DNA of 64,000 bases from Candidatus Bathyarchaeia archaeon (GTDB lineage: Archaea; Thermoproteota; CALKCG01; B24; JAGTQN01), in NCBI GenBank assembly GCA_038850515.1, contig JAWCLV010000005.1:688-64687 (forward strand), in the 5' to 3' direction. The notes under the pieces are model-generated. The model was not told the origin of the DNA and made no database searches. It saw only the letters and a list, made by a program, of their open reading frames with translations. Made by a program: the position numbers and the translations under genes. This document shows, in pieces, positions 59,803 to 64,000 of this stretch. The first letter of the stretch is position 1. Every line of letters begins with the position of its first letter.

Positions 59803-59982
59803 AGGATTTCGAACCCAAAAATCGATTGTCTTATGTGTTCAAAAAGTTTCTTGTGCAAGTCAAAGGAAAGCTGTTAGGACGATAAGATATAAGGGATATA
59901 TAAAGAATCGATGGGATGGGAAGTATGGATGGTATATAAAAGGAACTCGATTTTGAATCCGTCGTTTCATGGATAATCTGGT

Positions 59983-61047
59983 CTAGAGAGATCCTGAGAA
60001 TATCTGGATGACTTCCTTTAGTCGCAAAGCCCTTTCCCTAATCTCTTCGGCATCAACCTCTAAGAGATCGAAAAGCCTCCTAAAGTCTTTCAAGATCTCA
60101 AGACGCAAATTCATCGGAAGGTAACGAGTTGATTCCTCTACAAGATCGAGGCATCTGGCCCCAAGGGACATACAGCAGAAGATAGCTGCGGCATGTTTAC
60201 CTATGAGCGATAATTCCATGGCTCCTGCCTTTACGTAATCAAGGGTCTTCCGGTCGAGCCAGTTAATTCCCTTATGATAAATGGGCTCGCAGAACTTGAA
60301 TAGGGCATAGAATGTCTTCTTGTGTAGCTCTTCAAGGATTGATGGAGCCTCCGAAGCCCATGTTTCGGAGACCTTTTCCAGCCCGAGGATCTGGAGAATC
60401 TTCCTATAGAGGGGAAGCTCATCTAGAACCTCACATGCTTCCTCAAGTCTAAGGAGGAACCTCCTCTGACTTGGTGGAACCTCCGCCTTCATAAGGACCG
60501 CCGGACCGATTCCGTATAGAACAGCGTAGAGAAGGGATGTAACCCCCCTTTCCTCAGAGATCCCGTGTCCTAGGTATTCGAGAACCTGTCTTCCCCTTTC
60601 CTCGGCAAAAACTAGACAACGCTTAATCTTTTCCTTGAAAAGGTGATTATCCTTGGAGAAAACCTCAAGCCTTTGCTTCAACCTTAATAAAATATTCTCC
60701 GGATCGTAGAGGCGTATGGATTCCAAAATCTGGAAGGGAAGGATTGGATCCTCCAGCCATATGCGCCTAATATCTAAAAGCCTCATCCTCGGGATAAGCC
60801 TGCATGAGACCTGGACTCCCTTAATAATAAGGGGAGGCTTAAGCACCTCGGAGTTCTCCCATTGACTTATTATGGCTCCGAGGTCTATGTCGCTCGTTGG
60901 CGTGGCATCTCCTCTGGCGACAGACCCAGCGAGATATAGGGCCATTACGTCCCCCCTAAGCTCTAGAATGCGCTGGGTAGCCTCCCTCGCTATTTGCATT
61001 AGATCCATTGGCTTACCATCAACTAAGGATGGATAGCTAAGGACCAT
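59983..61047 (-). CDS. Nucleotidyltransferase-domain protein with long helical C-terminus
   Basis: YLAGSVARGDATPTSDIDL (GS..D.D). Confidence 0.7.
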   Translation of the reverse strand: MVLSYPSLVDGKPMDLMQIAREATQRILELRGDVMALYLAGSVARGDATPTSDIDLGAIISQWENSEVLKPPLIIKGVQVSCRLIPRMRLLDIRRIWLEDPILPFQILESIRLYDPENILLRLKQRLEVFSKDNHLFKEKIKRCLVFAEERGRQVLEYLGHGISEERGVTSLLYAVLYGIGPAVLMKAEVPPSQRRFLLRLEEACEVLDELPLYRKILQILGLEKVSETWASEAPSILEELHKKTFYALFKFCEPIYHKGINWLDRKTLDYVKAGAMELSLIGKHAAAIFCCMSLGARCLDLVEESTRYLPMNLRLEILKDFRRLFDLLEVDAEEIRERALRLKEVIQIFSGSL

Positions 61048-61282
61048 CTATTCCCAGAAAAATAAAGATGGGTCTTCCTTAAGTTTTTTTCAATCTTCTA
61101 ATAATTAGAATCATTACAGAAATGAGTCGATTCAAAATCGAATCGATAGAACGAGCAGCCTATATTTTGCCATCGCCCCTATTCAATGAAGGATGGCTAA
61201 TCCTCCCTTCCATTGATTCCTTCGCATCCTTGAAAACTAAGACTTTAAGGGTTACATGAACGAAGCTTAGCCATAAGCCTAG

Positions 61283-62074
61283 GTGTCAACCTTGCTAAGA
61301 GGCCTCCTAAGAGCGCTTGGAGTCTACAAGCTCTACGAATGGTGGCTTGAAAGCCAAGTAAAGAGCATGGAGCCTCCTAAGCACATAGCCCTTATACTGG
61401 ATGGCAATCGTCGCTGGGCAAGTCGTCATAACCTTGCCTTTTGGGAGGGACATAGGGCCGGGATGAAAAAGGCGGAGGAAGTCCTGCGCTGGTCCCTTGA
61501 CCTTGGTATTAAGATCATGACTTTCTATGTCTTCTCTACCGAAAACTTTCAAAGATCCAAGGAGGAAGTGGAGAAGCTTATGGAGCTTTGTGAGGAGAAG
61601 TTCAAGGAAATCCTTGAGAACGAGGATATCCACAGATACCGGGTTCGCATAAAGGTTTTAGGAGACCTTGGGCTTCTTCCCGAGGAACTTAGAAAACTCA
61701 TTCTGAAAGTCGAGGCCTCCACAGCCGGATACGACTCCTATTGGCTCAATATCGCTTTGGCCTACGGAGGAAGGAGGGAAATCGTTAGCGCTGCCAGAAT
61801 AATAGGGGAAGAGATCCTTAAGGGAAAGCTTGCGCCGGAAGAGATCGATGAGGGGCTCTTCATGAAATATCTATATACATCCCACTTGCCCAACCCTGAG
61901 CCAGACCTTATCATCCGAACGAGCGGAGAGGAGAGACTAAGTGGCTTCCTTCTCTGGCAGAGCGCTTACAGTGAGCTTTGCTTCCTAGACGTTTATTGGC
62001 CAGAGTTTCGGAGGATCGATCTCCTTCGGGCCATCAGAACCTTCCAGAAAAGGAAGCGAAGATTTGGAAGGTAG
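61283..62074 (+). CDS. uppS: cis-Polyprenyl diphosphate synthase
   Basis: HIALILDGNRRWA; FSTENFQRS.EEV; AYGGRREI; DLIIRTSGEERLSGFLLWQSAYSEL. Confidence 0.95.
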   Translation: MSTLLRGLLRALGVYKLYEWWLESQVKSMEPPKHIALILDGNRRWASRHNLAFWEGHRAGMKKAEEVLRWSLDLGIKIMTFYVFSTENFQRSKEEVEKLMELCEEKFKEILENEDIHRYRVRIKVLGDLGLLPEELRKLILKVEASTAGYDSYWLNIALAYGGRREIVSAARIIGEEILKGKLAPEEIDEGLFMKYLYTSHLPNPEPDLIIRTSGEERLSGFLLWQSAYSELCFLDVYWPEFRRIDLLRAIRTFQKRKRRFGR

Positions 62075-62228
62075 GCTTTGCAAAGGCAAACATAGCCTTT
62101 TGATCTGGCTTCTAGGGTTTTTCTAAGCGTAAGGGAGCCTTGTATCCGAGTTCATGAAGTTTATATGGCATCGATTCGATATGGTTCCAGATTAAGATCG
62201 GGATTCCTAACTAAAGGAGGCATTTTCC

Positions 62229-63710
62229 ATGGGAGAAGAAGGTGCGCCCAGAGGTCATTCGAGGAATGTTCCCCTTAAACAAATCGACCGCTTCATATGG
62301 GAGATACCCCAGTCCTATAAACCAGGCATGAGGGTCCCTGGAAGGATCTATTCGAATGAGGCGCTTCTTGAGAAAATGAGGCTGGATCTAACCCTAGAAC
62401 AATGCGCTAACGTAGCGCACCTTCCAGGCATATACAAATGGAGCATAACCCTTCCTGATGGTCATGAAGGCTACGGATTTCCCATTGGTGGAGTAGCCGC
62501 CATGGACTACGATGAGGGAGTCCTTAGCCCAGGAGGTGTCGGTTATGACATCAACTGTGGCGTCAGGCTTCTGAGAACTTCTTTAGACGATAGGGACGTC
62601 ATTCCTTTCATGACGAAGCTCTTGGATCTTCTTTTCGAATATATTCCATCGGGCTTAGGAAGCAAGGGTAGAATACGGGTAACGACCTCCGAACTCGATC
62701 GGGTAGCGGAAGAGGGAGTGGGCTGGGCAATAAAAAATGGATACGGCTGGGACGAGGATGCCGAGCATTGCGAAGAGAACGGTTGTATGGAGAATGCCGA
62801 CGCATCGAAGGTTTCTGGAACAGCCAAGAGCCGAGGGCTTTCCCAGATTGGAAGCCTTGGGAGTGGAAACCATTTCCTCGAGATCGAGCGAGTCGATAGG
62901 ATCGTTGATGCTGAGGCTGCTAAACGCCTTGGCATAACGAGGGTTGGCCAGGTCCTAGTCCTCATCCATACGGGAAGTAGGGGCTTTGGACACCAGATCT
63001 GCAGCGATTACCTAAGGGTTATGGAACGTGCCGTCCATAAGTATGGAATAAAGCTTCCAGATAGGGAGCTTGCGTGTGCACCTGCCAAAAGTCCTGAGGC
63101 TGAAGAATACTTCAAGGCTATGGCTGCAGCCTGTAACTACGCTTGGGCAAATCGTCAGCTCATAACCCATTGGACGAGGCAGGTCTTTGAAAAGGTCTTA
63201 GGACGATCGGCGGAGGATCTGGATATGCACCTCATCTACGATGTGGCGCATAATATAGCCAAGGTCGAGGAACACAAGGTGAACGGACAGAGGCGAAAGG
63301 TCTTCGTCCATAGGAAGGGGGCTACGAGGGCTTATCCACCAGGGCATTCTGATGTGCCTAAGGATTACCAAGACCTCGGTCAGCCAGTCCTCATCCCTGG
63401 AAGCATGGGTACGAGCTCTTGGATCCTCCTAGGAAACCCGAAGGCCATGGAGCTAAGCTTTGGCTCTACAGCCCATGGAGCCGGCCGCTTCCTGAGCCGG
63501 GCTGCCGCCAAGAAGCGGTTCTGGGGCGGAGATGTGAAGAAGACCCTCGAGCAGGGAGGAATCCTCGTCAAGGCGGCTAGTATGGTGGTCATAAGCGAGG
63601 AGGCTCCCGGCGCCTATAAGGATGTAGATCAGGTCGCTCAAACAAGCCATGAGGTTGGCATAGCCACCCAAGTCTGCAGGCTCGTTCCCATGGGAGTTAC
63701 GAAGGGATAG
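62229..63710 (+). CDS. rtcB: RNA-splicing ligase RtcB
   Basis: PDGHEGYGFPIGG; GYDINCGV; GNHFLE; HRKGAT; HGAGR; EEAPGAYK. Confidence 0.97.
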   Translation: MGEEGAPRGHSRNVPLKQIDRFIWEIPQSYKPGMRVPGRIYSNEALLEKMRLDLTLEQCANVAHLPGIYKWSITLPDGHEGYGFPIGGVAAMDYDEGVLSPGGVGYDINCGVRLLRTSLDDRDVIPFMTKLLDLLFEYIPSGLGSKGRIRVTTSELDRVAEEGVGWAIKNGYGWDEDAEHCEENGCMENADASKVSGTAKSRGLSQIGSLGSGNHFLEIERVDRIVDAEAAKRLGITRVGQVLVLIHTGSRGFGHQICSDYLRVMERAVHKYGIKLPDRELACAPAKSPEAEEYFKAMAAACNYAWANRQLITHWTRQVFEKVLGRSAEDLDMHLIYDVAHNIAKVEEHKVNGQRRKVFVHRKGATRAYPPGHSDVPKDYQDLGQPVLIPGSMGTSSWILLGNPKAMELSFGSTAHGAGRFLSRAAAKKRFWGGDVKKTLEQGGILVKAASMVVISEEAPGAYKDVDQVAQTSHEVGIATQVCRLVPMGVTKG

Positions 63711-63716
63711 CCTTAT

Positions 63717-64000
63717 ATGCTCTAACGAGCAATACTACGTTTCGAAGATGTTTTAGTGGTAGAAACGAAAGAGAAGCCATAAATTGAATTACTGCAATCG
63801 ACAGGTCTTTACACAGTCGAGCTGTGTAACCCCGTTAAGGATCAGTTAAATCGGATAGAGGTTTGCAAGCCAAACATTGTTTTTACGCCATGCAACCCAA
63901 TCGAAAGGATAAAATGCATCCCAGATCTGCAATGCCTTCCGATAATCGGACCCTGCCTGCCGAACATATGCATACCTAGTATCTGGTGCCAGCCGATCAT
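63717..64000 (+). pseudogene. Cys-x-Pro repeat reading frame, open from 63783 to the window edge; upstream part interrupted by two in-frame TAA codons
   Basis: IELLQSTGLYTVELCNPVKDQLNRIEVCKPNIVFTPCNPIERIKCIPDLQCLPIIGPCLPNICIPSIWCQPI; in-frame ATG at 63717, TAA at 63723 and 63780. Confidence 0.5.

Noticed and set aside
61127-61150. Recurrent AATCGA/TCGATT words in several intergenic regions
   Set aside because: No fixed spacing to starts; cannot be separated from genome-wide TCGA bias without counts
1-64000. CRISPR arrays, transposases, integrases, inteins, rRNA
   Set aside because: No regularly spaced repeats or mobile-element motifs seen; PolB, Lhr and RtcB have normal lengths with no intein-like inserts

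Overview
Archaeal chromosomal segment, TACK-like. Bathyarchaeia is the best fit by inference (SepF, PolB3-type polymerase, corrinoid/UroD-like methyltransferase parts, LarA-like and sugar-acid genes, AGG-rich codons). It is mostly housekeeping: end of the spc-type ribosomal operon (L32e-L19e-L18-S5-L30), glnA, nth, a tRNA-Leu(UAA) with two introns, sepF, nadA, two phosphohexomutases, Lhr, priL, tldD/pmbA, tiaS, polB, class II HMG-CoA reductase, S27e-aIF2a-nop10-PAC2, TBP, rpoK, acs, fumC, uppS and rtcB. Accessory parts: two AT-rich inserts (ogg, tupABC), a DUF1854 + PH-like-domain ABC exporter pair, a LarA-family racemase/epimerase near a DUF1537 kinase-PdxA2 pair, and dgoD. Most notable: (1) a full-length PolB with intact polymerase motifs but all three proofreading motifs degenerate; (2) a Cys-x-Pro repeat reading frame right after rtcB, cut by the window edge; (3) a 74-nt G-U-rich hairpin leader on a single-TRAM gene; (4) the two-intron tRNA; (5) a possible C4 sugar-acid epimerase/kinase/dehydrogenase route; (6) a 28/31-bp inverted repeat where the ribosomal operon breaks. 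No CRISPR array, transposase, integrase or rRNA was recognised. All calls come from motif recognition; no searches were run.
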